In this document: piece by piece, positions 18,622-26,087 of the stretch
Position numbering within the stretch: position 1 is the first letter of the stretch
Layout of the letters: each line of letters opens with the position of its first letter
Made by a program: the position numbers and the translations under genes
NCBI GenBank assembly: GCA_046349935.1
Contig: JAXMBK010000009.1
Span: 346,043 to 378,042, forward strand
From: Pirellulales bacterium
GTDB taxonomy: Bacteria > Planctomycetota > Planctomycetia > Pirellulales > Pirellulaceae
Length of the DNA stretch: 32,000 nt
Direction: 5' to 3'
The notes under the pieces: generated by a model
Database searches by the model: none
Told to the model about the DNA's origin: nothing
The model's input: the letters and a program-made list of their open reading frames with translations, nothing else

Positions 18622-19021
18622 GGTGGGCCCGCGCTGCGCTTGGCCCACCCTACCGCAGCCGCTTCGCCTGGCCGATTCTCGGAGGACTCTGTGATCTCGG
18701 TGGCCAATCATCCTGCGCATGGAAGGCTCTGAGGCGCATCTCACGGTGGGCCCGCGCTGCGCTTGGCCCACCCTACCGCAGCCGCTTCGCCTGGCCGATT
18801 CTCAGAGGACTCCGTGATCTCGGTGGCCAATCATCCTGCGTGTGGATTGCTCGGCGGCCCATCTCATGGTGGGCCCGCGCTGCGATTGGCCCACCCTACC
18901 GCAGCCGCTTCGCCTGGCCGATTCTCGGAGGACTCTGTGGTCTCGGTGGCCAATCATCCTGTGCGTGGAAGACTCTGAGGCGCATCTCATGGTGGGCCCG
19001 CGCAGCCCAGGCCCACCCTAC
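18622..19021. repeat. Tandem repeat, 123-bp unit x 3.25, each unit opening with the hairpin GGTGGGCC-N12-GGCCCACC
   Basis: Units start at 18622, 18745, 18868 and 18991 (the last is partial). The first ~95 nt of each unit are nearly identical and the last ~28 nt are more variable. The array fills the gap between the convergent genes ending at 18615 (+) and 19018 (-). Confidence 0.95.
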
Positions 19022-20193
19022 TTGGCGCCGGTGACTTGGCGGATGTAGTCGACTTCGCTTTGACAGAACGGTGCGCCGTCGGGTTGGATGATGTCGTGGA
19101 ACCAAATGGGCGGCGGAGCGTCGTACTGTTTGGTCCACGAATCCCAGGGATAGATCGTTTGCGACTTGCCGTTCACAAAGCCCCAGCAATACGCGGCCGT
19201 CTTGGCTTGCTTCATTATCGCCAAATGCGGCTCGAAGACGCTCCCATTCGGACGCGCCATGAACTCCGTGCACAACAGCGGTCGACCGTAGACGGCCAGG
19301 TTCTTCAGACAGCGTTCCAGCGACGGCGGGTCGCCGTAACTGTGGAAGCTCACGACGTCGCTATGCGATAGCTGGATGCGTTTGCAAGCGTCGAGCTGAG
19401 CGACGTTGTCCGAATCGCGCCACACGCCGGAAGTAAGCGGCTGCGACGGCTGCGCCTCGCGGGCCCACGCAAAGGCCTGCGGCAACAGCGCGTTGACGAG
19501 CTCGATTTTGTTCTTCGGATCAAGCCCCGGACGCTTCGCCGCTCCACCGTCGAAATTGTCCGGCTCATTCCAGACGTCCCACACGACGACCCGTTTGTCA
19601 TCCTTGAAGCGTCCCACGACCCCCTGCACATACTCGCGCAGCCGTGGATGCTGCCGAGCGTCCTGCAGCGCCGCGGCGCCCGGGCTTTGAACCCAGCCCG
19701 AATTGTGAGTGTGCGGCGCCGGACTCGGCTGCTTCCCCAGTCGCGGCACGGGGTGCCAACAGCTATCGAACAGCACAAACATCACTTTGATGCCGCGGTG
19801 GTCGGCCAGTTCGAGCAGCTTATCGCAGCGTTTCAGGAACCCCTCTCGATCCTGCTCCCACAACAGGTCGTGCAGGAAGACGCGGATGCTGTTGAAGCCC
19901 AATCGCTGGGCATAACCTAACTCGCGATCTAAGGTCGCGACGTCGAACGTATCCGCTTGAAACATCTCGAGTTGGTTGATCGCGTTGCTGGGGATGAAGT
20001 TGCAACCGACGAGCCACGGTTGCTCGGCGTACCACGCCTGCGCCCGTTCGCGCGACCAGCGTCCCGGGGCGTCGTCGAGCCGCTCGGGAGTCTGTGCGAC
20101 GGCCGCGCCGCCGCTCGCGAAAGCCAGCACCAACCACGCCGCCGCCCATCGGCCGGCCGTCGCCCAGCACGCCGAAATACGTGAATTCGCCAT
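19018..20193 (-). CDS. Glycoside hydrolase, clan GH-A (GH5-like), secreted
   Basis: A signal peptide is present. Motifs are GFNSIRVFLHDLLWE, IKVMFVLFDSCW, VVVWDVWNEPDN (NEP acid/base motif) and PLLCTEFMAR (candidate nucleophile Glu). Confidence 0.75.
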   Translation of the reverse strand: MANSRISACWATAGRWAAAWLVLAFASGGAAVAQTPERLDDAPGRWSRERAQAWYAEQPWLVGCNFIPSNAINQLEMFQADTFDVATLDRELGYAQRLGFNSIRVFLHDLLWEQDREGFLKRCDKLLELADHRGIKVMFVLFDSCWHPVPRLGKQPSPAPHTHNSGWVQSPGAAALQDARQHPRLREYVQGVVGRFKDDKRVVVWDVWNEPDNFDGGAAKRPGLDPKNKIELVNALLPQAFAWAREAQPSQPLTSGVWRDSDNVAQLDACKRIQLSHSDVVSFHSYGDPPSLERCLKNLAVYGRPLLCTEFMARPNGSVFEPHLAIMKQAKTAAYCWGFVNGKSQTIYPWDSWTKQYDAPPPIWFHDIIQPDGAPFCQSEVDYIRQVTGAK

Positions 20194-20352
20194 CGAGTCC
20201 GCCTCCTCGAGTCTGTGAGTCCAATTCGAGGCTGCCGCGCGCGCGAGCAGTCACGCGGTATTCAACCTTCGCCGGCAATTCCTCGCCAGCCCCAGCTTCG
20301 CCGTGCGACGTCTGGTAAACTCTTGAGATCCCCCCGCCGCGAGGTTGCCAGC

Positions 20353-23115
20353 GTGCCTCCTACGAACAATCCGAAACAGTATCAGCTTGAGTCGCAAGGC
20401 GTGCTCAGCGGCCCCTACACGGCGGCTCAATTGCGCGAGCTCGCCAAGGCGGGGCAGTTGCGACGCACCGACACGTTGTGGGATGTCAGCACCGGGACGC
20501 GTTTCGTCGCGGGAAATGTCGGCGGTCTGTTCCCCGACTCGCGACTTGCCCCGGTCGCAGCGCGCCCGTCCTCCTCGCCCACCGCGAGCCCCGCGGCGCC
20601 TGCCGCCGCACCGCCGCAGCCATCGCCGCCGCAGACATCGCCGCCGCAGACATCGCCGCCGCAGACATCGCCGCCGAGGCCGACGGCCGCGGCGACCGCG
20701 CCGGCCCCCGCTGCGCCTCCGCTCACGGCCGTCATGGTGCGCGACGTCTTTATCTCGTACGCATCGCGCGACCAACCAATCGCGCACGAGATCTGTGAAC
20801 GGCTGGAGTCGGAGGGACTTTGTTGTTGGATCGCGCCGCGCGACATCGTGCCCGGCAGCGAATACGCTGAAGCGATCATCGATGGGATTGAATCGAGTCG
20901 CTTGATGGTCGTGGTCCATTCGTCGGCCGCCAACGACTCGCCGCACGTGCTCCGCGAAGTCGAGCGGGCGGTCAGCAAGGGGATCACGGTGATTCCGTTC
21001 CGCATTGAAAACGTGAAGCCGAAGAAGTCGCTCGAGTTCTTCCTGAGCGCTCCGCATTGGCTCGACGCCTTCACGCCTCCGTTCGAGGACCATTTGCAGC
21101 GACTGCGGGAGGTGGTTCAATCGGCGCTCGCCAATGCGGCGCATCAAACGTCCTTGCCGAACGGTCCGACGAACGCAGCCTCTCGTGCGGCTAGCCCCGT
21201 CAACCACCGATCGTCGCGCAGGCCGCAAGGCGCGTGGCTGGCCGCGCTTCGCCGTTTGCCCTGGTATTGCCTCCCCAGCGCGGCGGGTGCGCTCGCCTTG
21301 CTGCTCGGAGTCTGGTTGCTCGCCGCCTGGCTGCGTCCTGATCCGCTCGAGTCGGAATTTGTGGATTACCAGCGGAATGTGACGGTCGGCAACGGCTCGG
21401 TCGTCTTTCTCAACAAGCACGCTCCGAACCGCTACTCGGCGTGGCGACGACTGGCGGACGAGGGCAATCCGGTCGCGCAGCTATTCGTCGGTCGCTGCTA
21501 TCAAGAAGGCATCGTGGTGCCGGAGAATCAGGAGACGGCCATCGAGTGGCTCAGGAAGTCGGCAGCACGCGAAAACTCGTACGCGATGGTGGCGATCGGT
21601 TTGGCGCATGAAGAGGGGCAAGGCGTTCCGAAAAACAATTCGGAAGCGCTGCATTGGTTCACTCAGGCCGCCAATCTGGGCAATCACACGGCCATGCGGA
21701 ATATGGCGTCTTTGTATGCCGACGGATTGCAAGGCGCGCCCGATCCCCAAGCAGCCTTTGAGTGGCATCGGCGCGGAGCGGCCGCGGGGAACCCGTACTG
21801 CATGCGCAAGTTGGGCGATTACTATGCACTCGGACAAAACGTCGCGATCGACAAGGCCGAATCGGAAAAGTGGTACGACAAGGCCGTCGCCGCCGGCGAT
21901 CGTTATCTCATGGGCAAACGCATGGGGAACGAATTCGCCAAACACTTTGCGGCGTACTTGGCCCCCAAGGCGACGTCCGAAGCGAAGGCCGCGGCAGTCG
22001 CCGCCCTGAACGCACGGCTCGACGAGTTCCGCGAGTTAGAACTGAGCAGCGTCGGTCCCTTCTACTCGGATTCCGAGTTCAATACGTCGACGACCGGCAT
22101 CGACGACTTGCCCGCCGACGATCCGTTGCGCGAGGTTCAAGACGCCATGTCGACGCGTTACATCGAATTGTTCTCGCAGGCCTCGATGCGGGAGAAGGTG
22201 GAATACACCTCCGGGTTTTCGATGGCGACGGAATCGCGAGTTCGTCGGTTGCATGCCGCCGCCCAGTACGCGGAGATCGTGGACTTCTGGAGTCGCTGCT
22301 ATCGAGACCTGCCTTTCGCGAAACTGCGGAAGACCGACGAGTGGAATAGCTTGGTGGCGCAGTTGCGCATGAGCGTCACGGCGTTGCTGAAGCACGGCCA
22401 GCGGCCGGAGGCTGAATCGGTGATCGCGTCGACGCTCGAACTGTGCGACGCCGTCCTCAAAGACCGTCCCTGGGACTGGTATCTGAAGGACGCATACACC
22501 GGTTTTTGCTTCGAAACGGCCGATGTGTGGTTCGAATTAGGCGAACCGCAAGCCGTGCAGCCGCTGCTGCTCCGCAGTTGGACCGTGCGGTTCCGTCAGT
22601 TCGGAAAGGACGAATTGCTCGCACGCTACCAAAACAATCTGCCGCGCAAGGGACAGTCGCCGCCGAACGCGACCGACGACGACAAAAAGTTCTTCGAGCG
22701 ATTTGCGACGGCCAAGGAGGGAGAGCCGAAGCCCAATTCGGGCATGACGCGATTTACGATCCCGGCCGACTTTTCGGGCAAGGAGTACCCCTTCCACGTC
22801 TACCTCCTCACAGGCCCGCGGGGATACCAAGAACTTCAAGACCAGTTGCGTTGGGTGGAAGAAGTGCGCGGCGGCACGATCCCGAAAAAAATCCGCGAAT
22901 CGTTCCTGAAGCTCAATCAAATCGCCGCTCAAAACAACGTCGATTTCATGGAGCTCACCGTGTACGCGCTCGGCGCCGCGAATCAGGACGGCGAGAAGAA
23001 GGGCGAGGCGGGAGACGACCCCTTTGGGGACGCGACGGCGGCCGCGAGCGCTGTTGACGCCAAGTCGGATTACAAAGATAAGGCGACGAATCCGGCGTTC
23101 AAGGAAAAGAATTGA
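20353..23115 (+). CDS. GYF_2-like / Pro-rich linker / TIR domain / single TM / Sel1-like repeats / unknown C-terminal region protein
   Basis: I prefer GTG 20353, with GAGG 8 nt upstream and no in-frame ATG before the TIR. The GYF-like segment is YQLESQGVLSGPYTAAQLRELAKAGQLRRTDTLWDVSTGTRF. The TIR domain reads VFISYASRDQPIAHEICERLESEGLCCWIAPRDIVPGSEYAEAIIDGIESSRLMVVVHSSAANDSPHVLREVERAVSKGITVIPF. The TM segment is WYCLPSAAGALALLLGVWLLAAWL. Sel1-type repeats include AQLFVGRCYQEGIVVPENQETAIEWLRKSA and VAIGLAHEEGQGVPKNNSEALHWFTQAA. Confidence 0.85.
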   Translation: MPPTNNPKQYQLESQGVLSGPYTAAQLRELAKAGQLRRTDTLWDVSTGTRFVAGNVGGLFPDSRLAPVAARPSSSPTASPAAPAAAPPQPSPPQTSPPQTSPPQTSPPRPTAAATAPAPAAPPLTAVMVRDVFISYASRDQPIAHEICERLESEGLCCWIAPRDIVPGSEYAEAIIDGIESSRLMVVVHSSAANDSPHVLREVERAVSKGITVIPFRIENVKPKKSLEFFLSAPHWLDAFTPPFEDHLQRLREVVQSALANAAHQTSLPNGPTNAASRAASPVNHRSSRRPQGAWLAALRRLPWYCLPSAAGALALLLGVWLLAAWLRPDPLESEFVDYQRNVTVGNGSVVFLNKHAPNRYSAWRRLADEGNPVAQLFVGRCYQEGIVVPENQETAIEWLRKSAARENSYAMVAIGLAHEEGQGVPKNNSEALHWFTQAANLGNHTAMRNMASLYADGLQGAPDPQAAFEWHRRGAAAGNPYCMRKLGDYYALGQNVAIDKAESEKWYDKAVAAGDRYLMGKRMGNEFAKHFAAYLAPKATSEAKAAAVAALNARLDEFRELELSSVGPFYSDSEFNTSTTGIDDLPADDPLREVQDAMSTRYIELFSQASMREKVEYTSGFSMATESRVRRLHAAAQYAEIVDFWSRCYRDLPFAKLRKTDEWNSLVAQLRMSVTALLKHGQRPEAESVIASTLELCDAVLKDRPWDWYLKDAYTGFCFETADVWFELGEPQAVQPLLLRSWTVRFRQFGKDELLARYQNNLPRKGQSPPNATDDDKKFFERFATAKEGEPKPNSGMTRFTIPADFSGKEYPFHVYLLTGPRGYQELQDQLRWVEEVRGGTIPKKIRESFLKLNQIAAQNNVDFMELTVYALGAANQDGEKKGEAGDDPFGDATAAASAVDAKSDYKDKATNPAFKEKN

Positions 23116-23188
23116 CCCAGCGCCGCGAATCCTCCCTCCTTTCTCGCGACCGCTTCCGACGCGACGGTCCACCCTGGAGTTTGCACGT

Positions 23189-23473
23189 ATGTCGAATTAC
23201 GTCCCGCGACCGCTCGACACGTCCCACATACGATTGCCCGAGACGCTCGCCGGTCTGCTCGAAAAGCTGGCGGAAAACACCCATGACGTCTGGGCGGCGC
23301 AGCGCATCAGCGACGGCTGGACCTACGGTCCGCAGCGTGACGACGCCGCGAAGAAACATCCGAGCCTCGTGCCGTATCACGAATTGTCCGAGTCAGAGAA
23401 GGCGTACGACCGCAATACGGCGGCCGAAACCATCAAGGTGCTGCTGGCGCTTGGATTCCGCATTGGAGAGTGA
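23189..23473 (+). CDS. Stand-alone RyR (ryanodine-receptor repeat) domain protein, 94 aa
   Basis: ATG 23189 with GGAG 8 nt upstream. LAENTHDVWAAQRISDGWTYGPQRDDAAKKHPSLVPYHELSESEKAYDRNTAAETIKVLLALGFRI fits the bacterial RyR-domain pattern (H..W...GW.YG....K.HP.LVPY.EL...EK..DR). Confidence 0.8.
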   Translation: MSNYVPRPLDTSHIRLPETLAGLLEKLAENTHDVWAAQRISDGWTYGPQRDDAAKKHPSLVPYHELSESEKAYDRNTAAETIKVLLALGFRIGE

Positions 23474-23476
23474 CGC

Positions 23477-25408
23477 ATGCCCGAACCTCGCCGCACCAAT
23501 CGCTCGACCCTCCTGCAAAAGCTGTCTCGCCGTGGACTCGCCACCGTCATCGGGACGCTCGCGATCACCATCGCCGTGACCGGCCTGAGCGGCTACTACT
23601 GGCAACACTATCACAAGGGATCGAATCACGATTGGACCGTTCCCATTTTGAAGACGGTGCAGTTGTACGTGCTGGAAGTCGGCGACGACAACGACTACAC
23701 GCACGGCAGCAATTACCTGCTCATGGTCGCGCGCCTCTGCGCCTCCGTTTTGTTCCTGGTCGTCTCTTGGACCGTGATTGCCAACGTTCTGGAAGAAGTC
23801 CGTCGGCTCCCGCGGCACCTCACGCGCCGCCGGCACGTCATCCTCTGCGGCTTGGGACAGATCGGCCTGCAGTTGCTCGACGATCTTCGCACTCGGGGAA
23901 CGGCCGATGAGACGGTGATCATCGACCCGCGCGCCGATCATCCTTGGTTCGACTATGCGCGCAACCTCGGCGCCACCGTGATCGTCGGCGACGCGACGCG
24001 CGCCGAAACGCTGCTCGAAGCGCGTGCTCTTCACGCGCGCGAGCTGTTCATCGTCACGGGGGACGACGGCGTGAATCTGGAGGTGGCGGCCGAATTGGGA
24101 AGTTTGTTTTCCCAGGAGCAAACTCGGCGCACGGCGGACGACAAACTGCACGTTTACGTCCATATCGTCGACACCAATTTGGCCGCGACGCTCCGTCCCT
24201 TCGGCGAAGTCCTGCATGACTCAGCCGACATGGATGTGAATGTCTTTAACGTTCCGCGCGCCGCCGCGGCGCGGTTGGTTGCGCAGCAGATCTGGCCGCA
24301 TGCCCCTACGTCGCCCGCCGAGGTGGCCCACTTCGTCATCGTCGGCTTCGGCGACATGGGCCAAGCCCTCGCCATCCAACTCGCGCACCTGGGCCACTTC
24401 CCCAACCACAAGCGTTCTCGCATGACGATCGCGGATCGCAAGATGCACGACTTGGCGGCCGAGTTTCTGGGGCGTTTTCCGCGATTTACCGCCTGGGAAG
24501 ACTACAAGTCGCCGGGCGTCTCTTCGTTTTCCTCCGCTGCGGACGCCTGGGATTGGAATGAACATCCCCTGCCGCCGCCGCTCCGCTCGACGTCGCCCGA
24601 GGCCGTGCAGTATGCGTGTAATGCGGAGTTCGTGGAGTTGGCGTCGGGGCGCGGCGACCAGTTGTTCGCGCATCGCTTGGCAGCACACTTTTCCGAGACG
24701 GGAGTGAAGCCGGTCATCTTCGTCTGCGGCCAACAGGATCACGACAATTTTGAAACGGCCGTGCAGTTGCGCGACCAACTGCTGCACCTCGGCCAGGCCA
24801 ATGTACCCATCTTCGTCTGGTTGCCGCGTCAACCCGCGCTCGCCGAAACGCTGGCCCGCGCCGAGGACGGGCGACTGCGTCCTTTCGGCGAGTGTCGGGC
24901 TTCCGCGAGCTACAACGAGATTACGAATCCCTTGCGCGAGTCGTTAGGGCGCCGCATTCATGCCAGCTACGTGGGGACCATGCCTCCTGGTTCCGTGAAC
25001 GAGGCGGCGCGTCCCTGGAACGAACTTCGCGACGACTTCCGTGAATCGAATCGCGCGTCGGCCGATCACCTGATCATCAAGCTCGCGGCGCTCGGATACG
25101 TCCTCCAGCCGGGAGATTCCTCCGAACGGCTGGACGTGGACCAACTGCCGGAACACTTGGCCTGGCAGCTAGCGGAGATGGAACATAATCGCTGGATGGC
25201 CGAACGACTCTTGGCCGGCTGGCGTCACGCCCCACGGCCCGACTCGCCAGAGGAAGCCGCGCGCAACAAACTGCGCAAGCACAACCACAACCTGGTCGCC
25301 TGGACGCACCTGGGCGACCAACGCCTTCGCGACCTCCAACAAGTCCGCACGGCCCTCGCCGAGTGTCAATTGCAAGGCTACTGCCTGCACCGCAGCGGCT
25401 CGGCCTGA
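23477..25408 (+). CDS. Membrane protein: 2 predicted TM helices + two TrkA-N/RCK Rossmann modules + C-terminal RyR-like pair
   Basis: It starts 3 nt after the previous stop. TM segments are LATVIGTLAITIAVTGLSGYYW and LLMVARLCASVLFLVVSWTVIANVL. GxGxxG motifs are HVILCGLGQIGLQLLDDL and HFVIVGFGDMGQALAIQLA. The C-terminus has IHASYVG...RPWNELRDDFRESNRASADHLIIKLAALGYVL and LAEMEHNRWMAERLLAGWRHAP...KHNHNLVAWTHLGD. I see no TVGYG-type K+ filter. Confidence 0.8.
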   Translation: MPEPRRTNRSTLLQKLSRRGLATVIGTLAITIAVTGLSGYYWQHYHKGSNHDWTVPILKTVQLYVLEVGDDNDYTHGSNYLLMVARLCASVLFLVVSWTVIANVLEEVRRLPRHLTRRRHVILCGLGQIGLQLLDDLRTRGTADETVIIDPRADHPWFDYARNLGATVIVGDATRAETLLEARALHARELFIVTGDDGVNLEVAAELGSLFSQEQTRRTADDKLHVYVHIVDTNLAATLRPFGEVLHDSADMDVNVFNVPRAAAARLVAQQIWPHAPTSPAEVAHFVIVGFGDMGQALAIQLAHLGHFPNHKRSRMTIADRKMHDLAAEFLGRFPRFTAWEDYKSPGVSSFSSAADAWDWNEHPLPPPLRSTSPEAVQYACNAEFVELASGRGDQLFAHRLAAHFSETGVKPVIFVCGQQDHDNFETAVQLRDQLLHLGQANVPIFVWLPRQPALAETLARAEDGRLRPFGECRASASYNEITNPLRESLGRRIHASYVGTMPPGSVNEAARPWNELRDDFRESNRASADHLIIKLAALGYVLQPGDSSERLDVDQLPEHLAWQLAEMEHNRWMAERLLAGWRHAPRPDSPEEAARNKLRKHNHNLVAWTHLGDQRLRDLQQVRTALAECQLQGYCLHRSGSA

Positions 25409-25508
25409 CGACGCCGCTTGCCGATCGTCCCCCCAGCGCCTAGCGTGCCCTCAACGGCGAACCGCTATATAACACTCGACAAGACAGCCTCACTTCCCTG
25501 GCGCCCCC

Positions 25509-26009
25509 ATGACGACGACCTACTTCCAGCATCAATTCGCGAGCGTCGAACAGTATCTGCATCACCGCGCCCCCTACTTGATGGTCGACCGGATCTTGTC
25601 GTGCGATCCCACTCAGGTCGTGACGGAAAAGCGAGTGCGCGGCGACGAGTTTTTCTTGGCGGGGCATTTTCCGGGCGCACCGATCTTTCCCGGCGCGATG
25701 CAACAGGAAGTCACGACTCAGTCGGCCGGCATCCTGATCGCCGCGCATTACAACCCCATGGCCCAGTTCGACACAACCGACCCGTTCGCGAACGAGTACG
25801 CACTGGGCGTGTTGGTGCGCGTGGACCGAGCGCGGTACAAGTCGTTCGCGCGCCCCGGCGACGTGCTCGTCGCCCAGGTGAAGTTGACAGACATGGTCGA
25901 CAATCTGTTCGACTTTCAGGCCTCCATCTCGGTCGACTCGACGCCCATCATGCGCATCGCCTTCCAACTCACCAACATCCCGTCGCGCATTCTCCAGGGA
26001 GTGGGATAG
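25509..26009 (+). CDS. FabZ/FabA-like hotdog-fold dehydratase
   Basis: HRAPYLMVDRILSCDP...EFFLAGHFPGAPIFPGAMQQEVTTQSAGIL contains the GHFP His and the downstream Glu of FabZ-type active sites. No lpx or fab genes are nearby. Confidence 0.7.
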   Translation: MTTTYFQHQFASVEQYLHHRAPYLMVDRILSCDPTQVVTEKRVRGDEFFLAGHFPGAPIFPGAMQQEVTTQSAGILIAAHYNPMAQFDTTDPFANEYALGVLVRVDRARYKSFARPGDVLVAQVKLTDMVDNLFDFQASISVDSTPIMRIAFQLTNIPSRILQGVG

Positions 26010-26087
26010 CTGTTCCGTCGTCCAACGAGTGGTAAACTGGTGCTCCATCGCGCCGCGTTTTCGCTCTTTTGACGCCGGATTTCCTCC

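Noticed and set aside
18430-18990. Short ORFs phased through the 123-bp repeats (period of 41 codons) as a repeat protein
   Set aside because: Stops interrupt them on both strands, one of them continues antisense into the sulfatase gene, and unit-to-unit differences are not biased to synonymous sites. I treat them as non-coding, though not with certainty.
18622-19021. Possible CRISPR array
   Set aside because: The period is 123 bp and almost the whole unit is conserved. There is no alternation of short repeats with unique spacers, and no cas genes are in the window.
20297-20321. Possible promoter (TGGTAAACT extended -10-like) upstream of the TIR gene
   Set aside because: No convincing -35 sits at proper spacing, and planctomycete promoter consensus is poorly defined.
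20215-20352. Upstream extension of the TIR-protein ORF
   Set aside because: The extension is Arg/Pro-rich with no ATG. GTG 20353 has a GAGG 8 nt upstream and begins just before the GYF-like domain. The start remains uncertain.
20251-21420. 389-aa minus-strand ORF opposite the TIR gene
   Set aside because: It is an Arg-rich shadow ORF, including the antisense of the PPQTS repeat (RRRCL repeats). The + strand encodes clear GYF-like and TIR domains.
23477-25408. Calling the 643-aa protein a K+ channel or Trk/Ktr component
   Set aside because: No TVGYG-like selectivity filter or TrkH/KtrB partner is visible. Only the 2-TM plus RCK architecture is supported.
20194-25508. Mobile-island hallmarks around the TIR cluster (integrase, flanking direct repeats, tRNA)
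   Set aside because: I could not find any by eye. The accessory nature of the cluster rests only on its functional discontinuity with the neighbours.
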